Shown piece after piece: positions 7,843 to 14,617 of a DNA stretch of 64,000 nucleotides. This DNA comes from a virus. Each line of letters starts with the position of its first letter. Position 1 is the first letter of the stretch. The notes beneath the pieces are model-generated. The model was not told the DNA's origin, did no database searches, and saw only the letters and a list, made by a program, of their open reading frames with translations. Location of the stretch: positions 22,445 through 86,444 of the IMG/VR virus record IMGVR_UViG_3300005289_000003; one strand, written 5' to 3'. Both the position numbers and the translations under genes were made by a program.

Positions 7843-7988
7843 TGGGCTCTTGCTCATGCTGTAACTCTGGTGGATTCGAAGCTAGCGCTACAGCCCTCAT
7901 TTGCAAACATTGTCTTCATGTCAGGTCTGCTCACTCTGGCTACTTCCACTACATGGCTTCCTTCCTCCGCTACATGACAGGAAGGTAA
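7842..7988 (+). CDS. CxCC micro zinc-finger paralog 6 (48 aa)
   Basis: TAATG coupling; MGSCSCCNSGGFEASATALICKHCLHVRSAH... Confidence 0.8.
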   Translation: MGSCSCCNSGGFEASATALICKHCLHVRSAHSGYFHYMASFLRYMTGR

Positions 7989-8065
7989 ATAGCGTGGAGT
8001 ATGACGGGCCTCCACGGTGGTGAACGTGCGGCCGTAGGTAGCCACCGAAACAAATCCCGTCAAAT

Positions 8066-8141
8066 GCCCCCGTAGCTTAGCCGGGTTTAAAGCGCCACCC
8101 TGTCAAGGTGGAGACCGAGGGTTCAAATCCCTTCGGGGGCG
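8066..8141 (+). tRNA. tRNA-Asp(GTC)
   Basis: Anticodon arm CCACC-CT-GTC-AA-GGTGG. Confidence 0.94.
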
Positions 8142-8288
8142 CGTGCTACGTAATGGCAATTGCGTAGAGTCTGTGGTCAGCAACCGCCAATTGCTCCGCG
8201 CGACAGACACGCATTACGTGTGGCCGAGTGACCGGCAATGCTTTGGTGGTGGAGATGGTCACGCTGCCTACCAGAGAGCCACACGGAA

Positions 8289-8362
8289 CGGGTCATAGCT
8301 CAATTTGGTGGAGCGCTTGGTTTGGGACCAAGAGGTTACAGGTTCAAATCCTGTTGGCCCGA
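8289..8362 (+). tRNA. tRNA-Pro(TGG)
   Basis: Acceptor CGGGTCA/TGGCCCG, anticodon arm CTTGG-TT-TGG-GA-CCAAG. Confidence 0.93.
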
Positions 8363-8458
8363 CGCGAAAGGAGGAATGATGCGTAGATTCCTGGAAGAGC
8401 TTCTAGAGAGAATCGCGGACATGAACGACAACGACACGAGAGAGCTTGGCAAGGATCG

Positions 8459-8647
8459 GTGAGTATAGCCACCTTTGGAATCTTTTGTTTCCTCTGGTTG
8501 GCCGCTGCTTACTCGCTCTGTATTTACTTGATAAAGACAGTTCGGGACGACACGTTTAACCTTAGGGTCACAATTGCTTGCTTCTCTGTCCTGATACCTG
8601 TGGGCATCCTGCTACTGGTGGTGTCCTTTGTGTCAGTGGTGACTTAG
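8459..8647 (+). CDS. small membrane protein
   Basis: Two hydrophobic helices. Confidence 0.6.
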   Translation: MSIATFGIFCFLWLAAAYSLCIYLIKTVRDDTFNLRVTIACFSVLIPVGILLLVVSFVSVVT

Positions 8648-8670
8648 CAAGATTTGAAGGAGGAATTGAG

Positions 8671-8838
8671 ATGGGTTTCGCGATAGCCATAGTCGTCATG
8701 CTCGTTGCCCTGGTGGTTGTGATGTCTGCTCTACTGGCGGTTGACCAGCACATCCGGAACAGGCCACCCTTGGCCCCCACCATCAAGCAAGACATTGCTG
8801 AAGCGGTGGAGCGTTACCGGACGGAGCTTTACCAGTGA
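8671..8838 (+). CDS. small membrane protein
   Basis: AAGGAGG SD before ATG 8671; N-terminal hydrophobic helix. Confidence 0.65.
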   Translation: MGFAIAIVVMLVALVVVMSALLAVDQHIRNRPPLAPTIKQDIAEAVERYRTELYQ

Positions 8839-9128
8839 GCTTGGTTGAAGCGATATACGAAACCGCGCTACTAGACATCCTGGTTGCCCTGGAAGCGGGA
8901 CACCCTGAAGAAGCCGCCAGGATGGCCCGTAAGGCTCTGGGAGTACCTGACCCATCCAAGGACACCCAGGACGGTTCAGAGGCTGTCAGCGTGGCTCCTG
9001 GGGGCCTTCATGGGCTCAGTGGGCTTGAGACCTTGCCGGTACTTGTCAGGGACTCAGGGGGTATGCCCGTCAGGGGTAACGGGCTACCTCCAATCAATTG
9101 GCGTCGTCCGTGGATGAGGAAACGGTGA
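8835..9128 (+). CDS. hypothetical protein
   Basis: GTGA overlap with upstream ORF. Confidence 0.55.
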   Translation: MSLVEAIYETALLDILVALEAGHPEEAARMARKALGVPDPSKDTQDGSEAVSVAPGGLHGLSGLETLPVLVRDSGGMPVRGNGLPPINWRRPWMRKR

Positions 9129-9364
9129 GCTTCTTCCGCCGTAGATTTTGGATCCGAAGTCCAGAGCAAAAAGCTTTCGCCAGGATCGTTGCCCTTGGGT
9201 GTGAGCTTCTTCAGGAAGAGTTTCCTGAACTCTCAAAGAGGGAGTTCGACGTAATAGCGGTGACGATCCTGGAAGAGCTAATGGAGTCGGATCCGGATAC
9301 TCTCATTAGTCCCTCTTCGCTCGTGTGGCGCGTGAGAGAACGGGTCAGGTCTTCTAGGCTCTGA
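9125..9364 (+). CDS. hypothetical protein
   Basis: GTGA overlap; GAGG SD. Confidence 0.6.
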   Translation: MSFFRRRFWIRSPEQKAFARIVALGCELLQEEFPELSKREFDVIAVTILEELMESDPDTLISPSSLVWRVRERVRSSRL

Positions 9365-9480
9365 TTTCGTGTGGTCTGCCTGAGGGACACTGAAGAGGGC
9401 AGGGTAACGATGGACACATAAGAGCGTGGCTCTCTAAAAGCACGTCGCTGCCCAACCATCGCCGCACCAATGGATAAGGT

Positions 9481-9810
9481 ATGGACGAAGTAGACACTGT
9501 TAAAAGAGAAGTGTCAATAAAAGGTCAGTGGGTTGACCGGATTGTTAAAGACCCAGACTTGTCGGAAAGAGAGAAACTTCTCCTTCTGGTTATTAGTAAC
9601 TTCATGAATAGATCAGGTATAGCTTTTGTCAATAGGATGAATGTTGCTGCCTATAGTGGCATTAGCTCTGCTAAGATCAAAAGCATGGTAGAAAGTCTAG
9701 CCGAAAGACATTACCTATCCGTTAGATTCACACTCCCTGGTACAAACACAAAGAACAGTCCAAATTATAGGAAGTTTGAAGTTCACGGATTGATAGAAGC
9801 GGATGGGTGA
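9481..9810 (+). CDS. winged helix-turn-helix DNA-binding protein
   Basis: DLSEREKLLLLVI...RMNVAAYSGISSAKIKSMVESLAERHYL, typical phage HTH pattern. Confidence 0.65.
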   Translation: MDEVDTVKREVSIKGQWVDRIVKDPDLSEREKLLLLVISNFMNRSGIAFVNRMNVAAYSGISSAKIKSMVESLAERHYLSVRFTLPGTNTKNSPNYRKFEVHGLIEADG

Positions 9811-10002
9811 AGCATGAAGGCTGGACACATCAACGTAGGCAATGGCTTTAAGTGGACACCAGACGATGATGATTGCGTCTGTGTGGGCAGAGAAGACGAA
9901 CCAGATGAGACCAGGATTCGCATCATCTGGCGCTATAAGGACAGTCAGAGCAATTACACCACTTCGGTATCAAGAGAAGACACGCTTTATTAAGGAATAA
10001 CT

Positions 10003-10242
10003 ATGGGTTTCAAGTTGCGTACTTACTCCAGTGTCGCACTGTTGGTAGCGCTTATCCTGACTGCTGCTATCCTGGCGAGTTGCAAGCCTGCCGGTAGCCT
10101 TTCGGGGCCTCCCCTGGGTGTCTGCAAGTACAAGGCAAATGCCGTGGTCCTGAAGGATGACGGTAAGTGGAAGTGCTACAGCACCAAGAAGCAGAATGGC
10201 GTCACGGTCCTGGTCCGTCAGAAGACTTGGGACAAGAAGTAA
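10003..10242 (+). CDS. putative lipoprotein
   Basis: Signal peptide with lipobox LASC. Confidence 0.65.
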   Translation: MGFKLRTYSSVALLVALILTAAILASCKPAGSLSGPPLGVCKYKANAVVLKDDGKWKCYSTKKQNGVTVLVRQKTWDKK

Positions 10243-10455
10243 ATGGGGTTTTGGAGCAACGACGCTCCGAAGCAGAAGTATGGAACCCTAGGAGTGCGTT
10301 CGGAATTCAAGTTCAGCCCTAGTGGATATACCTGTATCGTCACTGGGGTATCCAATGGTGCATACGGCAAACTAGTCATCACCTATAAGATAAAGGGTGG
10401 TGATGGTGGTACCGCCAGTATGGATGTCTACCCAACCGAGAGTTGTTACCTATGA
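10243..10455 (+). CDS. hypothetical small protein
   Basis: Abuts upstream ORF. Confidence 0.6.
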   Translation: MGFWSNDAPKQKYGTLGVRSEFKFSPSGYTCIVTGVSNGAYGKLVITYKIKGGDGGTASMDVYPTESCYL

Positions 10456-10631
10456 CTCCTGATGAACTGGCGGAATTTGCCGGTAGGTTTATGTTCCTGC
10501 TAGACAAAGACTGGGTTTACCGCGCTCCTGAGACGTTCATCAAGCCTGCCCGTATCTGGTGGGCTCTAGCGAATAAGAATTGGGAGATGGCAAACCGGTT
10601 GCTATCGGAGCTTGAATCCGATAGCGTCTAA
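10452..10631 (+). CDS. hypothetical protein
   Basis: ATGA overlap. Confidence 0.6.
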   Translation: MTPDELAEFAGRFMFLLDKDWVYRAPETFIKPARIWWALANKNWEMANRLLSELESDSV

Positions 10632-10645
10632 ACAACTGAATACAT

Positions 10646-10718
10646 GGTGTCTGTGGCAGAGTGGCTATGCACTGGATTGTGGGTCCAGACCACGTGGGTT
10701 CAAATCCCACCAGACACA
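10646..10718 (+). tRNA. tRNA-His(GTG)
   Basis: G-1 encoded; acceptor GTGTCTG/CAGACAC; anticodon arm CTGGA-TT-GTG-GG-TCCAG. Confidence 0.9.
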
Positions 10719-10719
10719 C

Positions 10720-10863
10720 GAGGTACCGAAGCGAAGAAGACGGATACTTCAATGGATAAACCGTAGGTCGTTGGTTCAAATCCAACCCTCCCAACCATTG
10801 GGAGGTAGCTCAGTGGTTAGAGCAACGGTGAAAAGACTGTCTTCGATTATTTCTCGGTACCTC
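10720..10863 (+). ncRNA. Y RNA unit 1, YrlA-type (circularly permuted tRNA module)
   Basis: Terminal stem GAGGTACCGA/TCGGTACCTC, GAAGCG motif; T arm, acceptor closed by ACCAT loop, then D arm; upstream of Ro60. Confidence 0.85.
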
Positions 10864-10869
10864 CCAGTT

Positions 10870-11009
10870 TGGCACTGAAGCGGAAGGTAAGGGTTACTCC
10901 TAATATGAATAGGGTAGACCAGGTTCGAATCCTGGCCGCTCCACAATAAGGGGCGGTAGTGTAATGGCAGCACACTAAAAATACCCAAACCTAATATTTC
11001 TCAGTGCCA
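10870..11009 (+). ncRNA. Y RNA unit 2, YrlA-type (circularly permuted tRNA module)
   Basis: TGGCACTGA/TCAGTGCCA; CCAGG-TTCGAAT-CCTGG, CCGCTCC/GGGGCGG, GTGT-AATGGCA-GCAC. Confidence 0.85.
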
Positions 11010-11017
11010 CCCAGTTT

Positions 11018-11140
11018 GACCCGAAGCGTAGTAACTGGTTACTTCTCTCCGCCAGGGCCTAGCCCGGAGGGCACCTACTTCCAAGCTTTTAAACTTGGTT
11101 TCGTAGGAACCTGTGTGCCAATTACGATATTTCTCGGGTC
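11018..11140 (+). ncRNA. Y-RNA-like unit 3
   Basis: GACCCGA/TCGGGTC; GAAGCG...TACTTC...TATTTCTC scaffold; two cargo hairpins. Confidence 0.75.
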
Positions 11141-11148
11141 GCCTAGAC

Positions 11149-11314
11149 GGCTTCAGAAGCGAAGAGAGAAGATACTTCTACAGAGAAAGAAAGTCCGTCC
11201 GACCAACGGCGCGCTACCTACTCCACACGTCATTGAGTAGGAGCAAGGGTGTAATTACCAGATGTTGTGATTTGTTAATACCACCCGTCTTTTCTCAAGT
11301 ATTACTCTGAAGTC
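11149..11314 (+). ncRNA. Y-RNA-like unit 4
   Basis: GGCTTCAGA/TCTGAAGTC; same scaffold; three cargo hairpins. Confidence 0.75.
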
Positions 11315-11321
11315 TCCTTGT

Positions 11322-11414
11322 TGGGTCAGAAGCGGACGGATAGGTTACTTCACAAACACCACTATTAATGGTGTCTCTAAGAGACAAACTTATTCGAATT
11401 ATTTCTCTGACCCA
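11322..11414 (+). ncRNA. Y-RNA-like unit 5
   Basis: TGGGTCAGA/TCTGACCCA; same scaffold; short cargo. Confidence 0.75.
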
Positions 11415-11418
11415 CCCT

Positions 11419-11505
11419 AAAGCAAGAGGCACCGAAGCGGAGAATACGGTTACTTCTTTCGGCTGATAGATCCGTATTCGTTTATTACTCGGTGCTCCTT
11501 GCTTT
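11419..11505 (+). ncRNA. Y-RNA-like unit 6 (minimal)
   Basis: Extended terminal stem ending GCACCGA/TCGGTGC; GAATACGG/CCGTATTC; same scaffold. Confidence 0.75.
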
Positions 11506-11532
11506 TATTACTCTCCCGAAAGGAGAAGCGGC
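11506..11532 (+). promoter_or_regulatory. putative translational operator: permuted Y-RNA scaffold covering the Ro60 SD
   Basis: TATTAC-TCTCC-cgaaa-GGAGA-AGCGG-c-ATG. Confidence 0.55.
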
Positions 11533-13140
11533 ATGGGAAAGCTAGGTAAGCAAAGCGCAAAGCTTCAGGTGGAAAGTGCGAACAAGAAGGCTGGACTGAT
11601 TCGCACCAGCGGGGGAAAGACCACCACTCATGAAGGTGGAACCGGGCACCTACGCGATACCAAGTCGGAACTATTCCTTCTTGGTGTTACCAACATGGTG
11701 TCTGAGCAAACCTTCTATGAGCGCGGTTCGGATCGTGACAAGCGCTTTATGGGTCTGCTCATCACGGTGACCCATCAGGATGCCGATTGGGTATCTCGGT
11801 TCCTACCGTGGCTACGCGGACCAGGCAACATGAGAACCGCTTCTATCGTCGGTGCGGCTGTCTATGCCCGCACCGTCCTGTCCATGGCTCCTGAGGCACG
11901 TGAGGCTCTTTACAGGGCTTTCCCTGGGGCCACGGTCCGGAAGGTTGTGGCGTCCGTCCTACAGCGTCCCGACGAACCAGCAGAGTTCATCTCCTACTGG
12001 CTTCAGGGAAGTGACACCAAGACGCTTCCTGGTGGCGTGCAGCGTGGTCTAGCCGACGCGGTAAAGCGTCTGTACACGGAACGGAACTCCCTGAAGTACG
12101 ACGGACAGAACCAGCCATGGCGTATGTCTGACGTGATTCAGTTGGTTCACCCGGACCCTGATACTGAGGTTCAGTCTCTTCTTTTCGATTACCTTGCCAA
12201 GAAGCGCTTCAGCGGAAGCGAAGCGGTAATCCCAGACGAACTCTTGATGCTTCAGGCAAACAGGAAGCTCTACGAAATCCCTCAGGAGCTACGTCGGGAG
12301 CGTCTGGCAGCAGACCCGAAGTCAATGGCTACCATTCTCCGGAGTGGTGGCATGACCTGGGAATCACTAGCAACGTGGCTAGGTGGTCCTCTGGGTAAGG
12401 AAGGTTGGGAGGCAATTGCTCCTAGCCTGGGAATCTTCGCTCTGGTCCGGAACCTTCGGAACATCAGTGAAGCTGGAGTGAGCAACGAGGTTCAGGAAGC
12501 CCTAGCGGCAAAGATTTCTGACCCTCAGGTAATTGCCAACTCTCGTATGTTCCCTCTTCGCTTCTACACGGCGTATCGGGAAGCCACGAACGTCATATGG
12601 AGCTACCCCCTTGAGAAGGCCCTGATGGCTTCTCTGGGGAACATTCCGAAGTTGGACGGCCGAACGCTGGTACTGATCGACCAATCAGGTTCGATGAATT
12701 TTTCTATGTCGAACAAGTCCACCGTGCGACTCTCGGAACAGGCTGCCTTGTTCGGTATCGCTCTGGGCATGGCTGCCGACAATGCGGATGTCTACGTCTA
12801 CGGGAATTCTCACAAGGAAATCCCGCTACCCAAGGGTGGTTCAATCCTGCCGCTTGTCGCTAAGTACGGTCAGGCTGATATGGGTGGAACCCAGACATGG
12901 ACCACTGCCAGATCCCTTTACCGGGGTCATGACAGAATCGTTATCGTGACGGATGAGCAGAGCCACGATAGCGCGTACGGAATTCCGGATATCCCCATCG
13001 TGACCTTCAACGTTGAGGGCTACAAGGCTGCCCACACGGAATCCTCAAAGAAGAGAATCACCGTGGGTGGTCTGTCGGATGGTGGGTTCAGCCTGATTCA
13101 GGCCATGGACTCCGCCGGTAAGGGTGAGTGGCCTTTCTGA
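11533..13140 (+). CDS. rsr: Ro60/TROVE-domain RNA-binding protein with C-terminal vWA domain
   Basis: THEGGTG...KSELFLL...FYE N-terminus, MTWE, ALVRNLRN, RMFPLRFYTAY, MIDAS DQSGSM, VIVTDEQ. Confidence 0.93.
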   Translation: MGKLGKQSAKLQVESANKKAGLIRTSGGKTTTHEGGTGHLRDTKSELFLLGVTNMVSEQTFYERGSDRDKRFMGLLITVTHQDADWVSRFLPWLRGPGNMRTASIVGAAVYARTVLSMAPEAREALYRAFPGATVRKVVASVLQRPDEPAEFISYWLQGSDTKTLPGGVQRGLADAVKRLYTERNSLKYDGQNQPWRMSDVIQLVHPDPDTEVQSLLFDYLAKKRFSGSEAVIPDELLMLQANRKLYEIPQELRRERLAADPKSMATILRSGGMTWESLATWLGGPLGKEGWEAIAPSLGIFALVRNLRNISEAGVSNEVQEALAAKISDPQVIANSRMFPLRFYTAYREATNVIWSYPLEKALMASLGNIPKLDGRTLVLIDQSGSMNFSMSNKSTVRLSEQAALFGIALGMAADNADVYVYGNSHKEIPLPKGGSILPLVAKYGQADMGGTQTWTTARSLYRGHDRIVIVTDEQSHDSAYGIPDIPIVTFNVEGYKAAHTESSKKRITVGGLSDGGFSLIQAMDSAGKGEWPF

Positions 13141-13343
13141 TGAAAGTAACCATTGGGGAACTAATGGATACCATCAACAAGGTTCTAAATGACCCTGACA
13201 ACCCATTCGACATGGGGCCTGATACGGAAGTGGTGGTGAGTCGCGGTATCTTTCATCCGGACTCACCAGAAGGGAAATTCCAGGTACTAATGGTTGCCCC
13301 TTATCAGGGTAAACTTCATCTGGTAGTTTCCAAGCTTCACTGA
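13140..13343 (+). CDS. hypothetical protein coupled to Ro60
   Basis: TGATG overlap. Confidence 0.65.
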   Translation: MKVTIGELMDTINKVLNDPDNPFDMGPDTEVVVSRGIFHPDSPEGKFQVLMVAPYQGKLHLVVSKLH

Positions 13344-13432
13344 ATGATGTGGTCTAGCACCTAGGTAAGACTCTGTACTAAGGCGCCTTAGGTGTTTGCG
13401 TCGATAGATCGGGTAGTGCAGAGCACCACTAT

Positions 13433-13506
13433 GGATCGCTAGCTCAATTGGTCAGAGCAATGCGCTCTTAACGCATAGGTTCAGGGTTCGAGTCCCTGGC
13501 GATCCA
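13433..13506 (+). tRNA. tRNA-Lys(CTT)
   Basis: Anticodon arm ATGCG-CT-CTT-AA-CGCAT. Confidence 0.94.
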
Positions 13507-13534
13507 CTTAATAGTCCTGTGGTAGAGTGCAGTT

Positions 13535-13957
13535 ATGCCTATTTGCCATGTCTGCTCAAAAGAAGTCGATAGATACGCCAACAACAAGCGTTGCCGAGAA
13601 TGCTATAACGAATATATGCGCGAATATATGAAAAAGCGCTTTCACCAAAAGCGTGCAGAAATGATAGCCATTCTTGGTGGCGTTTGTGTTCATTGTGGAA
13701 CTACAGAAAAGCTGGAATTCGACCACATATTTGAGAATACCAAATCATGGGATATAGGTAAGATTTGGGGACACCGTAAAGTAATAGCTGAATTGAAGAA
13801 GATTCAGTTGCTATGCAATAGCTGCCACAAAAAGAAGTCAGCTAGATATATGAGTGTTGACCATGGTGGCGGTCTATCTGGTAAAGATGGTTGCAAATGT
13901 ACAAAGTGCAAAGCACGCAAAGCAGAATATATGAAGAAATACAATAAGCCCCGTTAG
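13535..13957 (+). CDS. HNH endonuclease (probable free-standing homing endonuclease)
   Basis: CVHCG...LEFDHI...QLLCNSCHKKKS; AT-rich; between two tRNA-Lys genes. Confidence 0.88.
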   Translation: MPICHVCSKEVDRYANNKRCRECYNEYMREYMKKRFHQKRAEMIAILGGVCVHCGTTEKLEFDHIFENTKSWDIGKIWGHRKVIAELKKIQLLCNSCHKKKSARYMSVDHGGGLSGKDGCKCTKCKARKAEYMKKYNKPR

Positions 13958-14021
13958 CCCAACCTGGTAGGGCAATCGGCTTTTAACCGATAGATTGTAG
14001 GTTCAAATCCTACACGGGGCA
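13948..14021 (+). tRNA. tRNA-Lys(TTT)
   Basis: Anticodon arm ATCGG-CT-TTT-AA-CCGAT. Confidence 0.93.
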
Positions 14022-14022
14022 C

Positions 14023-14256
14023 ATGGACATTTACGACGTATTCAGGTCAGTAGCGGATGCCATTCCCAATGGAGGTAATTCACGAAAGAGAATGAGGAGA
14101 CGTGTCAAGGCTTACCGTATGGCTGACAGCATCATGGACCCGAAGTCATTCCTTCGTTCTCAGACCTACTGTCGGATGGGTAAGCACCAGCCTGTAGGCA
14201 AAATGTATTGCATCATCTGCGAGCATTGCCGCAAAGTCCTAGGAAACAACTATTAG
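14023..14256 (+). CDS. hypothetical protein with C-terminal Cys/His motif
   Basis: CRMGKH...CEHC; ATG immediately after tRNA-Lys. Confidence 0.6.
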   Translation: MDIYDVFRSVADAIPNGGNSRKRMRRRVKAYRMADSIMDPKSFLRSQTYCRMGKHQPVGKMYCIICEHCRKVLGNNY

Positions 14257-14328
14257 GGGCCTTAGCTCAGTTGGTAGAGCACTTGCCTTGCAAGCAAGGG
14301 GTGGGGGGTTCGATTCCCCTAGGCTCCA
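14256..14328 (+). tRNA. tRNA-Ala(TGC)
   Basis: GGGGCCT/AGGCTCC with G3:U70; anticodon loop CT-TGC-AA. Confidence 0.94.
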
Positions 14329-14329
14329 C

Positions 14330-14533
14330 ATGAACAATCAAAAGTTGGTAGTAGGTTTCTGTGATGGCAGCATGGAAATCCACGATTGGCAGCGTGGTTA
14401 TAGCTTGACCACGGATGTCGGTACTGGAGAGATGCTTTGGATCTATAAGAAAGAAGGTGCCAAATATGTAAAGATTGGTAGCCTGGAAGATATCGACTGG
14501 TTTACCATCAGTGGCAAGATAACAATCAAGTAA
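14330..14533 (+). CDS. hypothetical protein
   Basis: ATG immediately after tRNA-Ala. Confidence 0.55.
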   Translation: MNNQKLVVGFCDGSMEIHDWQRGYSLTTDVGTGEMLWIYKKEGAKYVKIGSLEDIDWFTISGKITIK

Positions 14534-14541
14534 TGGTTTAA

Positions 14542-14615
14542 GGGTGTGTAGCTCAGTTGGTTAGAGCATTCGGCCGATAACCGAAAGGTCGGGGGTTCAA
14601 TTCCTCCCACACCTA
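14542..14615 (+). tRNA. tRNA-Ile(GAT)
   Basis: Anticodon arm TTCGG-CC-GAT-AA-CCGAA (C33). Confidence 0.9.
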
Positions 14616-14617
14616 CG

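Noticed and set aside
9362-9470. HDV-like (theta) ribozyme
   Set aside because: GGGCAG/CTGCCC and CGATGG/CCATCG form a pseudoknot, but the P3/L3, P1.1 and catalytic J4/2 elements are not evident and it does not follow a tRNA.
10612-11310. ORFs 10612-10878, 10776-10988, 11004-11240 and 11113-11310
   Set aside because: They overlap tRNA-His and the Y-RNA units, lack SD sequences and do not look like proteins.
10720-11505. CRISPR array interpretation of the repeated GAAGCG...TACTTC units
   Set aside because: The repeats are not identical direct repeats, unit length varies from about 87 to 166 nt, both ends of each unit pair with each other, and there is no cas operon. The Cas4-like gene is a stand-alone phage nuclease 16 kb away.
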